A stretch of 63,103 nt of DNA, the filler included, from Chiloscyllium plagiosum (taxonomy: Eukaryota), in assembly GCF_004010195.1 (NCBI RefSeq). It is 3 parts of one record of this genome, joined end to end, with 100 filler letters (N's around TTAATTAATTAA, not from the genome) between each part and the next. Parts side by side here need not be neighbours in the genome. Positions count along the whole stretch, not along the records: positions 15,841 to 47,584 come from NC_057714.1; positions 47,685 to 63,103 come from NC_057714.1; 1 more part is not named here. One strand, 5' to 3'. The position numbers and the translations under genes were made by a program. Of this stretch, positions 37,630 to 48,030 are shown in pieces. Every line of letters begins with the position of its first letter. Within the stretch, counting starts at the first letter, position 1. The notes under the pieces are model-generated. The model worked only from the letters and a program-made list of their open reading frames with translations, was not told the origin of the DNA and ran no database searches.

Positions 37630-39840
37630 ATATTGGGGAAGGAGTAGGTTATTCAGCCCATCAAACCTCTTCTGCAATTCAATATGATCATGGTTGATAA
37701 ATTACTTTAATGCCTTATTCCCACAGAATTCTAATATCCTTTTATGCCGTTGGTATTAAAAGTATGTTAATCTCTACTGTAAACATATTATAAACATTGT
37801 GATCTTATGGGGTTAGAAATGCAAAGATTAATTTCCCTCTGAACAAATCCATTTCTGCTCAACTTGGTTCTGAGCAGCCGATACATAATTTTTAAAATGT
37901 ACCTCCTGGTTCTAGGGTCCCCCAGCCAGGCGAGAGAGCTTACTTGCATCTACCCTGTCAATCTCCTTAAATATTATGTCGATTTTAATGAGCTAGGCTT
38001 TCGTTCTTTGAAACTTGAGAGAATATAGGCCCAGTTTCCCCAATCTCTCTTTCAAAGGGCAGTCACGCTGGAAAAGATAGATTTTCAACCAGTAAGGAAT
38101 CAAGGGGTATGGTGAAAGATAGGAAATGGAGTTGAGGATTAGCAGATCAGCCGTGATCTCATTGAATGGAGGATCAAACTCAATGATCCAAATGTCCTCT
38201 ATCTGCTTCTATGTTTTATTGATGTGGAGGTGCCAGTGTTGGACTGGGGTGGACAATATTACAAATCACACAACACCAGGTTATAGTCTAACAGGTTTAT
38301 CTGGAAGTACTGGCTTTTGGTGCGCTGCTCCTTCATTAGGTAGCCGTGAAGCAGGACCATAAGACACCTTTCCTCATATGACAGGCCTTTCATCCCTGGA
38401 ATCAACCTGGTGACCCTCCTCAGAACTGCCTCTGGTGCTGCCACATCCTTCCTCAAGTAAGGAGACCAAAACTGAACCAAAACAAAAATGATTCTCCAGG
38501 TGCGGTCTCACTAACACCTTATACAATTGCAACAACACTTCTCTACTTTTATAATCCAGTCCTTTTGCAACAAATGCCAAGATTCCATTTGCCTTTTTTA
38601 TTATATGCTGCATGTGCAGACCCACTTTGAGCAATTCATGCCCAGATCCTCTGCACTAACACACTTTGAATCTGCTTCCCATTTAAATAATAATTCGCCC
38701 TTGTATTTTTCCAGCTAAAATGGACAACACCGCACTTATCGTCATTGAGCACAATCTGCCTGATTCTGGGCCCATTCTCATGGCTTTTAAATATCTATCT
38801 GTAAGCTCTTTTGTTTCCTCATCACAAGCCTACTTTCCCACCTATTTTAGTGTTATTCATAAATTTTGCTCTGTTACACTCTGTCCCTGCTTGCAGATCA
38901 TTTATAGAGATTGTAAATAGTTGAGGTCTAGAACTGAATTCTGTGGCACCTCACTAGTTAGAGTTTGTCATCCAGACGGGAACACATTTATCCCAATCCT
39001 CTGTTTTAGTCAGGCAGCCAACCCTCTATTCAAGCTAATACTCTACCCTTAACACCTTGGGATCTAACCTTCTGGATCAGTCTTTTATGTGGCACCCTGT
39101 CAAATGCCTTCTGGAAGATGAGATATAATATCCACTGGATCCCCATTATCCACCTTGCAGGTTACATCCTCAAAGAAATTCAGTAAGTTTGTCAAGCATG
39201 ACTTGCCCTTCACAAAACTGTGCTGACAGTGGTGGATTGAGATTTGCTTTTTTCCAAGTAGTCAGTTATCTTCTCCTTTGTGATTGACCTTAGAGGTCAA
39301 ACTGACTGGTCTACAGTTCCCACTTTATGCTTCTCATATTTTGAATAAGGATGTCCCATTAGGATGTTTCAATCCACTGGTACCTTTCCCGAATCCGGGG
39401 AATTTGGGAATATCATAACTAATGCATCCACCATCTCTGCTGCCACCTCCTTTATCCCTAGGATATATGCCATCAGGTCGCAGTGTCATAGAGTCAAACA
39501 TTTGTACAGCACAGAAACAGACCCTTTGGTCCAAATCGTCCATGCCGACCAGATATCCCTGGGGATTTATCTGCCTTTAATCCCATTGGTTCACTTAATA
39601 CCTTGCCCTTAATTTTAGTAATTTTATTAAGTTCCTCTGTAGTAACTGCAGTTTTTTGGGAAGAAATTATTATCTTCCACTGTGAAAACAGAGACAAAAT
39701 ATTGGTCTAGTGCCTCTGTCAATTCTGAGTTTCCCATTATTACCTCACCACCAGCATCCTCTAAAAGGCCAACATTTACTTTCACTATTCTATTTCCTTT
39801 TTATATACTTATAGAAGCTTTTGGTATCATTGCTTATGTT
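37630..39840 (-). mobile_element. CR1 fragments (mostly -) with a small Penelope-terminus piece at about 38220-38345
   Basis: IKKANGILAF..KGLDYKSREVLLQLYKVLVRPHLE; GLKADKSPG. Confidence 0.8.
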
Positions 39841-40219
39841 TCTCTCCCATTTGGTGCCCAACACACCTCACCATGTGATAACTTACCTTCTTATCCACCA
39901 TCCACTTTTCCCTCCTGGTCAGGCAGCTTTGGGAACATTAAACTGTCTTACTCCTGAAATGGGACAGCAAGTTGCATAAAAAAAGGGGCAGGTTTGCCCT
40001 ACAATGATACTCCTGTTCTGAGTGGTTTTCTCTCTGGTTTCCCCCAATGGACACATTCAGGACAGGCAGGACTCCGAATTGAAGTCAGAAAAATCGTTGG
40101 CAGGACAAGGGAACAATTTTAAAGAGGGTTCCTGCGGGTCAAATCTGTTCCAACAGAAACTGGAATTTGAGGACTGTTCCGAAACATCTTACTAAACTGT
40201 AATATTTGAACTGACTTAC

Positions 40220-40273
40220 TTTCAAGACTTGGAATAAAAGAATGGAATGTTGTGTCCGTTGTATCACAAGTCG
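40220..40273 (-). CDS. 54-bp phase 1-1 mini-exon, type C: xTCDTTDTTFHSFIPSLE
   Basis: Acceptor cattcttctcttttcacAG; donor GTAAGT; homologous to the 60-bp exons but exactly 6 bp shorter (in frame). Confidence 0.75.
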
Positions 40274-41992
40274 CTGTGAAAAGAGAAGAATGATTTTATT
40301 AAATGGTGTTGCAGGCTCGAAGGGCCAAATGGCCTACTCCTGCGCCTGTATTCTATGTTTCTATAGAGCAAGTCAGCAGTTAGTCATTGTTCAAGTTAAG
40401 TCCTACAGAAGAAATTAACTATAACTAAATTACCTTTTATTCATCCATGTGATGTGAGCATTTCTGGTTGAGCCAGTATTTATTGTCCATACCTAATTGT
40501 TTTTATTTCTTCATGAGATGTGGGCTTTGTTGGCTAGGCAGGCAGTTATTATTCATCCCAAATAGCCCTGGAGAAGGTAATAGTGAGCTGTCATCTTGAA
40601 CCATTGAATTCCTTGTGGTTTAGGCACCCTCACAATGCTATTAGAAAAAGGTTTACTTATCCAAATGACAGGAAAGGAATGGCAAAGGTTTTCTAAATCA
40701 GGATGGTAAATGACTTAGAGAGGGATTTAAGGATAATGGTGTTCCCATGCACCTATTGCCTTTGTCCTTCAAGATGACAGAATTTATGGGATTGGAAGTT
40801 GCTACAATAGGACCCTGGATGAATTGCACCTTGTAGATGGTACACACTGCTGTTACTGTGCCTCAATGCTGAAAGGAGTCAGTATTGAAGGTGATGAGTA
40901 AGTTTCCAATCAAGGGGGCTTCTTTGTCATGGATGGTGGGAAGTATTTGAGTGTTGTTGGGGCTGCAGTCATTCAGGCAAGTGGGGAATGTTGTATCATA
41001 CTCCTGCCTTGTAGATGATTGAACAGGATTTTGGGAGATAGGTGGTAAGTAATACGGAACGCTAGTCAGTGGCATGTTGTTTTTGTCCAACACTGAGATA
41101 TGGGAAAGCGTGAAATTGTTTGTTTTGGCAGAAGGTATGAAAAACAAGTGCACAGGGTCAGGCGATACCCGAGCACTATTATCACTAAACAGTAATTCCA
41201 GAAATCCAGGTAATGTCCTGGGGACTGGGCTTGAATCCTGCCATAACAGGTGTTAGAATTTGAATTCAATAAAAATCTGGAATTAAGAGTGTAATGATAA
41301 TCGTGAGACAATTGTCAATTTTCAGAAAATTCCATCCGGTTCACTAAGTTGTCTAGGGAAGGAAACTCGGCAAAAGTGAGGACTGCAGAAACTGCCATCC
41401 ATACATGGTTTGGTGCGTGACTCCAGACCTACAGCAATGTGGTTGACTCTCAAGCACCCTCCAGGCAACTAGGGATGGGCAATAGATGCTGGCCCAGCCA
41501 GTAACACCCAAATCCTGTGAATGAATAATAATCAAAATGACCAAGAGGTTGCAGAGCTCTGGGAGGACGAAGAGAGAGCTGGTTGTCCTACTGCATGAAC
41601 TGCAGAAGATTGGTAGTTCACGGATATCTCTTTATATCATTGGTATCAGAAATTTGTTGATTTATACTAATCAATTAGTGAGTGCATCCCTCTGAGGTAG
41701 AGAATTCCAAAAATTCATGAGTAAATATGAGCAAAAACGTTTCTCCCCATCTTGATGCAAAGTGGCTTCTCCCTTATTTTCAAACTGTGTACCAGGTTCT
41801 AGACTCCACAACCAGGGAAATCCCTGGCCTGCATCTATCCAGTCATTGTTTAAAATTCTAGAGGACACAGGTAAAATTTCCCAATCTCTCTGCATGCCTT
41901 CCCAGTAAAGTCTGCTGAATCTTCATTGCATTCACTCAATGCCTGCAATATGCCCCCCCACTAAGGTAAGTGGACCAAAACTGCACACTGTA

Positions 41993-42050
41993 ACCCGGGT
42001 GTGGTGAAAATAAAGTCCTGCACCCGGGTGTGGTGAAAATAAAGTCCTGC
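41993..42050. repeat. Perfect 29-bp tandem duplication
   Basis: acccgggtgtggtgaaaataaagtcctgc x2. Confidence 0.9.
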
Positions 42051-42054
42051 ACAA

Positions 42055-42250
42055 CTTAACCAGACGCCCAACCAACTGAGCTAACCGATCCTGCAATGCA
42101 GAATGATGGCAACGACGTAGGTTCAATTCCCAAACCAGCTGAGGTCACCATGAAGGTCTCATGTCACCTGAGGAATGAAACCACCACCAGTCATCTCCCT
42201 TTAATATGAGAGAAGCCCTATGGTCCTCTGGGACTATGGCAACTTAACCT
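42055..42250 (+). mobile_element. Unassigned tRNA-headed SINE-like element (paralog at about 50440-50635)
   Basis: B-box-like ggttcaattcc; shared ctgagg..ccatgaaggt...aaaccacc..agtc..ctc...agccc.atgg between the two copies. Confidence 0.45.
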
Positions 42251-43539
42251 AATGTGTGCCTGGTATCTCTCGCTGCTGGGGCAAAGTAACTTTAGCTTTT
42301 TTTTTAACAATTGAAGCAAGGATTCCCTGTATTCAAATCTTCTTTGGATAAAGATTAGCACAACTTTAGCCTTCTTCATGACCTGCTGCAGCTGTAAGGT
42401 AGCCTCAGTGGCTTATTGATGAAGACACTTAGCTCCCATTGTACATCAACAATTTCTAACCTCTGACCATTTAAGAAATATTCTGCACATCTATTCTTCC
42501 TTCCAAATTTGATAACTGCAAACTTTTTTTAATATTCTGTCTGCCATTAAATTGGTCAAAATCCTCCTGAAATTGCTCTTTAACTTCCCCTCAGCACATA
42601 TTCCCACTTAGCCTGCACTGTGCCAACTGCAAACTTGGACAATGGTCACCATACCCAAATAATTTCTATATAACATGAACAACTGCCGCCTGTGTACTGA
42701 CTTGTGTGGCACCCTATTTGTCACAGCCTGTCAATTTGAGAATGACACATTTTTTGCTATTCTTTGTGATTTGCCTGTTAGCCGATCATTAATGCATGCC
42801 AGTAGGTTACCTCCAATTCCATGTGCTTTGATTTTGCTAAACAACCTCCCTCTAGGGACTTTATCAGATGACTTTTCAAAATCTAAGTGAACTACTTCCA
42901 CTATATAGTGAGACATTTGATAAGTATGGCATAAATGTTGCATCCCACTTGTCACTCTAAGCCTAGATATTGTCCAGCTCTTGTTGTATTTGCACAAATT
43001 TGCAATTTTTGTTTGCAAATTTAGTATTTGAGGAGTCATGAATGGTGCTGAACATTGTGAGATAACTGACACCAAGGACTATGGGGATTATGGCCTAGTT
43101 AGTCTCTCTTCACAGTTGAAATACTGCAGCCAGCCCTGGTGAATCTCCTCTGTGGTCTCTCAAGTGTAATGACATCCTTCCTATGGTGTAGTGACCAGAA
43201 TTACACATAGTATTCCAGCTGTGGCCTAACTAATGCTCATACAACTCCATCATAACTTCCCTGTCCTTGTATTCCACTCATTGACTAAAAAAGGCAATAT
43301 CCCAGATGTCTTCCTCGTCACCTTATCCATCTGCCTTGTTTCCTTCAAGGGTCTATGGATAAGCTCTGATTCTCTGTACTTCCTGAGGTCCGACCATTCA
43401 ACGTACACTCCCTTGCCTTGTTAGTCTTCCTAAAATATACCACCTCACAATTTTCAGGATTAAATTCCATTTACTACTAGTGTGGTCATCTAATCAGTCT
43501 GTTTATATAATCCTGTAGATAAGGCTCTCCTCCTTGCTA

Positions 43540-44600
43540 TTATAGAGTCATAGAGATGTACAGCATGGAAACAGACCCTTCGGTCCAACCCGTCCATGCC
43601 AACCAGATATCCCAACCCAATTTAGTTCCACCTGCCAGCACCTGGCCGATATCCCTCCAAACTCTTCCTGTTCGTATGCCCATCCAAATACCTCTTAAAC
43701 ATTGCAATTGTACCAGCCTCCACCACATCCTCTGGCAGCTCATTCCATACACGTAATACCCTCTGCGTGAAAAAGTTGCCCTTCAAATCTCTTTTATATC
43801 TTTCCCCTCTCACCCTAAACCTATGCCCTCTAGTTCTGGACTCCCCAACACCAGGAAAAAGACTTTGTCTATTTATCCTATCCATGCCCCTCATAATTTT
43901 GTAAACCTCTATAAGGTCACCCCTCAGCCTCCGACGCTCCAGGGAAAACAGCCCCAGCCTGTTCAGCCTCTCCCTGTAGCTCATATCCTCCAACCCTGGC
44001 ATCATCCTTGTAAATCTTTTCTGAACCCTTCCAAGTTTCACAATATCGTTCCGACAGGAAGGAGACCAGAATTGTACGCAGTATTCCAACAGTGGCCTAA
44101 CCAATATCCTGTACAACCGCAACATGACCTCCCAACCCCTGTACTCAATACTCTGACCAATAAAGGAAAGCATACCAAACACCTTCTTCACTATCCTATC
44201 TACCTGCGACTCCACTTTCAAGGAGCTATGAACCTGCGCCCCAAAGTCTCTTTGTTCAGCAACACTCCCTGGGACCTTACCATTAAGTGTATAAGTCCTG
44301 CTAAGTTTTGCTTTCCCAAAATGCAACACCTCACATTTATCTGAATTAAACTCCGTCTACCACTTCTCAGCCCATTGGCCCATCTGGTCCAGATCCTGTT
44401 GTAATCTGAGGTAACCCTCTTCGCTGTCCACTACACCTCCAATTTTGGCGTCATCTGCAAACTTACTAACTGTACCTCTTATGCTCGCATCCAAATCATT
44501 TATGTAAATGACAAAAAGTAGAGGATCCAGCACCGATCCTTGCGGCACTCCACTGGTCACAGGCCTCCAGCATGAAAAACAACCCTCCACCACCACCCTT
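43540..44600 (-). mobile_element. Relatively young CR1 (HER1-like) 3' portion
   Basis: 235-aa open C-terminal ORF2 fragment plus VTSGVPQGSVL..FADD upstream; (gactctat)n tail. Confidence 0.92.
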
Positions 44601-44760
44601 ATGTGATGTTAATGGGAGGGTGGGAAAACACCACATTTGGAGGACTTGGAACAGTTTTGTTCTGTTTATTTTAACAAAAGCATAATTTGGAAAAGAGTAG
44701 GAACTTTCACTGGACTCATACCAGGGATGAAAGGATTATCTTCTGACAAAAGTTAACAGT

Positions 44761-45073
44761 GGGTGGCACAGTGGTTGTTAGCACCGCTGCCTCATAGCAC
44801 CATGGACTTGGATTCAATTCCTGCCTCGGGTGACTGTCTGTGTGGAGTTTGCACATTTTCCCCGTGTCTGTGTGGGTTTCCTCCGGGTGCTCTGGCTTCC
44901 TCCCACAATCCAAAGATGTGCAGGTCAGGTGAATTGGCCAAACTGAATTGCCCGTAGTGTTAGGTGCATTTGTCAGGCGTAAATATGGGGTAGGGGAATG
45001 GGTTACTCTTTGGAGGGTCGGTGTCAATTTGTTGGGCTGAAGTGCCTGTTTCCATACTGTAGGGAATCTAACC
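44761..45073 (+). mobile_element. HE1-type V-SINE
   Basis: tRNA head, V-domain and CR1-like tail. Confidence 0.85.
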
Positions 45074-46293
45074 TATATCTACACCCCTAGAATTTGGAAG
45101 AATGAGGCTGATTTTATATGACATATATAAAATCTTCAGGACCCTGGAAAGCATATGTTTTGAGAGGGTGTTTCCCCTTGTGGAGAAATGAAACACGGGG
45201 GTGCAGTTTGTTAATAAGGTGGTTCCCTTTTCACAGAACCAGAGAACTGTTATGGTGGAGCAGGAGGCCCTTCAGCCCATCCTCCTTGAACTAGTTATAT
45301 TATCCAGTGCCAATCTTCTGTCTTTTCCCCATATGCCTGCACACAATTTCTATCCAAATAACATACAATATCCCCTTGAATGCCTGAAACCAACCTGCCT
45401 TCACCATATTTTTAGGAAATGTATTCTAGACCCTAACTACCTGCGGTGTGAAACGTTTCTTCACTCATCTTACTGAAACAGTTTCTTCTTACTTACTCTA
45501 TCCAACATGCTCATAATTTTGAAATCTTCTATCAAATCTCCTGTCAGCCTTCTCCCCTCAAGGGAAATGAGTTCCAACTTCTGCAGCCCATCCTCTTAAC
45601 TGAGTTTCTTATTCCTGGAATCATTCTAATAAATTGCTTCTGCACTCTCTCCAGTGCAGTTGCGAGCTGTCTACAGCAGATCTTATTCTAACACATCTTA
45701 TAACCATTCGACTCTTCTAAACTTCAATCCTAAATCTATCAGAATGCTGTGACTGTAATACAGTATTCTGCACTCCATTCTGCTACCATGATGCACTTTT
45801 TACAGTATGATCTGCCTATATAGCTCACAAAACAACACTTTTCACTGTATCTCATACTCAAGGTCTAACAAGTGCCTTGCACAAGTTCAGCATCACGTCC
45901 TTACTCTTGTACTCTATGCCTCTATTAACAAAGCTGAAGACATGGTCTGCTTTATTTATCCACCTGTGCTGTCACCTCCAATGATCTGTGCACACATAAA
46001 CCCAAGTCCCTCTGCTTCTGCAGCATCTTTAGAATTGTACCCCCTACATTTTTTATTGTCTTTCAATGGTCTTCTGACCAAACTGCATTAGCTCACACTT
46101 CTCTGGATTGAACCTCATTTGCAGCCTGTTCGTCAATCCACCAACTTGTCAATGTCTTTTTGGAATTCCACACTGTCACCCTCTCAAGTTCCAGTTCTTC
46201 CAGGTTATCTACAAGCTTGAAAACTGTTCCCTGTTCAACAAGCTCAATATCATTAATACATATCAGGAAAGATACTTCAGACAGAGATTGAAC

Positions 46294-46610
46294 AGCACGG
46301 TGGCTCAGTGGTTAGCACTGCTGCCTCACAGCACCAGGGACCTGGGTTTGATTCCAGCCTCGGGTGACCGTTTATGTGGAGTTTGTACATTCTCGCCGGG
46401 TCTGTGCAGGTTCCCGCCGGGTGCTCTGGTTTCCTCCCACAATCCAAACACATGCATTTATGCAAGTTAGCCATGCGAAACTGCCCATAGTGTTCAGGGA
46501 TGTGTGCATTAGTTAGGGGTAAACTGAATAATAGGATGGGGAATAGTCTGGGTGGGTTCCTCTTCAGAGGGTTGGTATGGACTTGTTGGGCCAAATGTAT
46601 TCTATGATTC
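46294..46610 (+). mobile_element. HE1-type V-SINE
   Basis: tRNA head, V-domain and tail. Confidence 0.85.
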
Positions 46611-46631
46611 AGGGGTGAACAGATAGCCTTT

Positions 46632-46688
46632 GGGGCGGCATGGTGGCTCAGGGGCGGCACGGTGGCTCAGGGGCGGCACGGTGGCTCA
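46632..46688 (+). repeat. Triplicated 19-bp SINE 5' head
   Basis: ggggcggcaYggtggctca x3, then gtggttagc. Confidence 0.9.
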
Positions 46689-46694
46689 GTGGTT

Positions 46695-46882
46695 AGCGCT
46701 GAAAATGTGTTGCTGGAAAAGCGCAGCAGGTCAGGCAGCATCCAAGGAGCAGGAGAATCGACGTTTCGGGCATGAGCCCTTCTTCAGGAATGAGGAAAGT
46801 GTGTCCAGCAGAACGTCGATTCTCCTGCTCCTTGGATGCTGCCTGACCTGCTGCGCTTTTCCAGCAACACATTTTCAGCGCT
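46695..46882. repeat. Perfect 71-bp inverted repeat (Penelope termini) around a 46-bp spacer, with a minus-strand hammerhead motif at 46755-46791
   Basis: 46695-46765 is the exact reverse complement of 46812-46882. Confidence 0.9.
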
Positions 46883-46884
46883 TT

Positions 46885-48030
46885 TTCACCCCTCAAAGAT
46901 CAGCAAGGCAGCCTTTGTGTGGAGCCACAGAAAATTGGGGAGATACTAAATGAATATTTTGCATCAGTATTTACTGTGGAAAAGGATATGGAAGACATAG
47001 ATAGTGTAGGGAAATAGATGGTGACATCTTGCAAAATGTCCAGATTACAGAGGAGGAAGTGCTGGATGTCTTGAAACAGTTAAAGGTGGATAAATCCCCA
47101 ATACCTGATCAGGTGTATCCGAGAACTCTGTGGGAAGCTCGAGAAGTGATTGCTGGGCCGCTTGCTTAGATATTTCTATCATCGATAGTCACAGGTGAGG
47201 TGCCGGAAGACTGGAGGTTGGCAAATGTCGTGCCACTGTTTAAGAAGGGCGGTAAAGACAAGCCAGGGAACTATAGACCGGTGAGCCTGACCTCAGTGGT
47301 GGGCAAGTTGTTGGAGCGAATCCTGAGGGATAGGATATACATGTATTTGGAAAGGCAAGGACTGATTAGGGATAGTCAACATGGCTTTGTGCATGAGAAA
47401 TCATGTCTCACAAACTTGATTGAGTTTTTGATGAAGTAACAAAGAAGATTGATGAGGGCAGAGCAGTAGATGTGATCTATATGGACTTCAGTAAGGAGTT
47501 CAAGAAGGTTCCCCATGGGAGACTGATTAGCAAGATTAGATCTCATGGAATGCAGGGAGAACTAGCCAGTTGGATGCAGAACTGNNNNNNNNNNNNNNNN
47601 NNNNNNNNNNNNNNNNNNNNNNNNNNNNTTAATTAATTAANNNNNNNNNNNNNNNNNNNNNNNNNNNNNNNNNNNNNNNNNNNNGAGACATACAAGATGA
47701 TCAGAGGATTAGATAGGGTGGACAGTGAAAGTCTTTTTCCTAGGATGGTGACATCTGCTTGTATGAGGGGACATAGCTGCAAATTGAGGGGTGATAGGTT
47801 TATGACAGATGTCAGAGGCAGAATCTTTACTCAGAGAGTGGTAAGGGTGTGGAATGCCCTGCCTGCCACTTTAGTTAACTCAGCCACATTAGGGGCATTT
47901 AAACGGTCCTTGGATAAGCATATGGATGATGACGGGATAGTGTAGGTTTATGGACTTAGATTAGTTCACAAGTCGGGGCAACATCGAGGGCCGAGGGGCC
48001 TGTTCTCTGCTGTATAGCCTATGTTCTTTG
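46885..48030 (+). mobile_element. CR1 ORF2 fragments on both sides of a gap
   Basis: PEDWRLANVVPLFKKGGKDKPGNYRPVSLTS before the gap; CR1 3' end after it. Confidence 0.88.
47585..47684. other. Assembly gap with artificial linker N44-TTAATTAATTAA-N44
   Basis: Seen directly in the sequence. Confidence 0.95.

Larger units (their letters stand above)
29560..37660. repeat. Tandem duplication array of about 1.4-2.5 kb units (mini-exons, DeuSINEs and CR1-clade fragments)
   Basis: Marker gaccattcagccca recurs near 29790, 31193, 33432 and 35935; the same order of SINE/LINE pieces repeats; homologous unit parts also at about 18730-19975 and 39880-40290. Confidence 0.9.

Noticed and set aside
18965..40075. 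Recurrent plus-strand donor-like CAG/GTAAGA in each duplication unit
   Set aside because: The GT is lost in the 30.0 and 40.07 kb copies, and the 33.6 kb candidate exon has stops in all frames. Recurrence is explained by the duplication itself.
19429..40273. CRISPR-like or SCPP-gene interpretation of the repeated short units
   Set aside because: The context is eukaryotic with splice signals and no repeat-spacer structure. SCPP exons are phase 0, whereas these are phase 1.
43622..44329. 235-aa ORF as a host or domesticated gene
   Set aside because: It is an ordinary CR1 ORF2 C-terminus with its 3'UTR tail, 5'-truncated and with an upstream stop.
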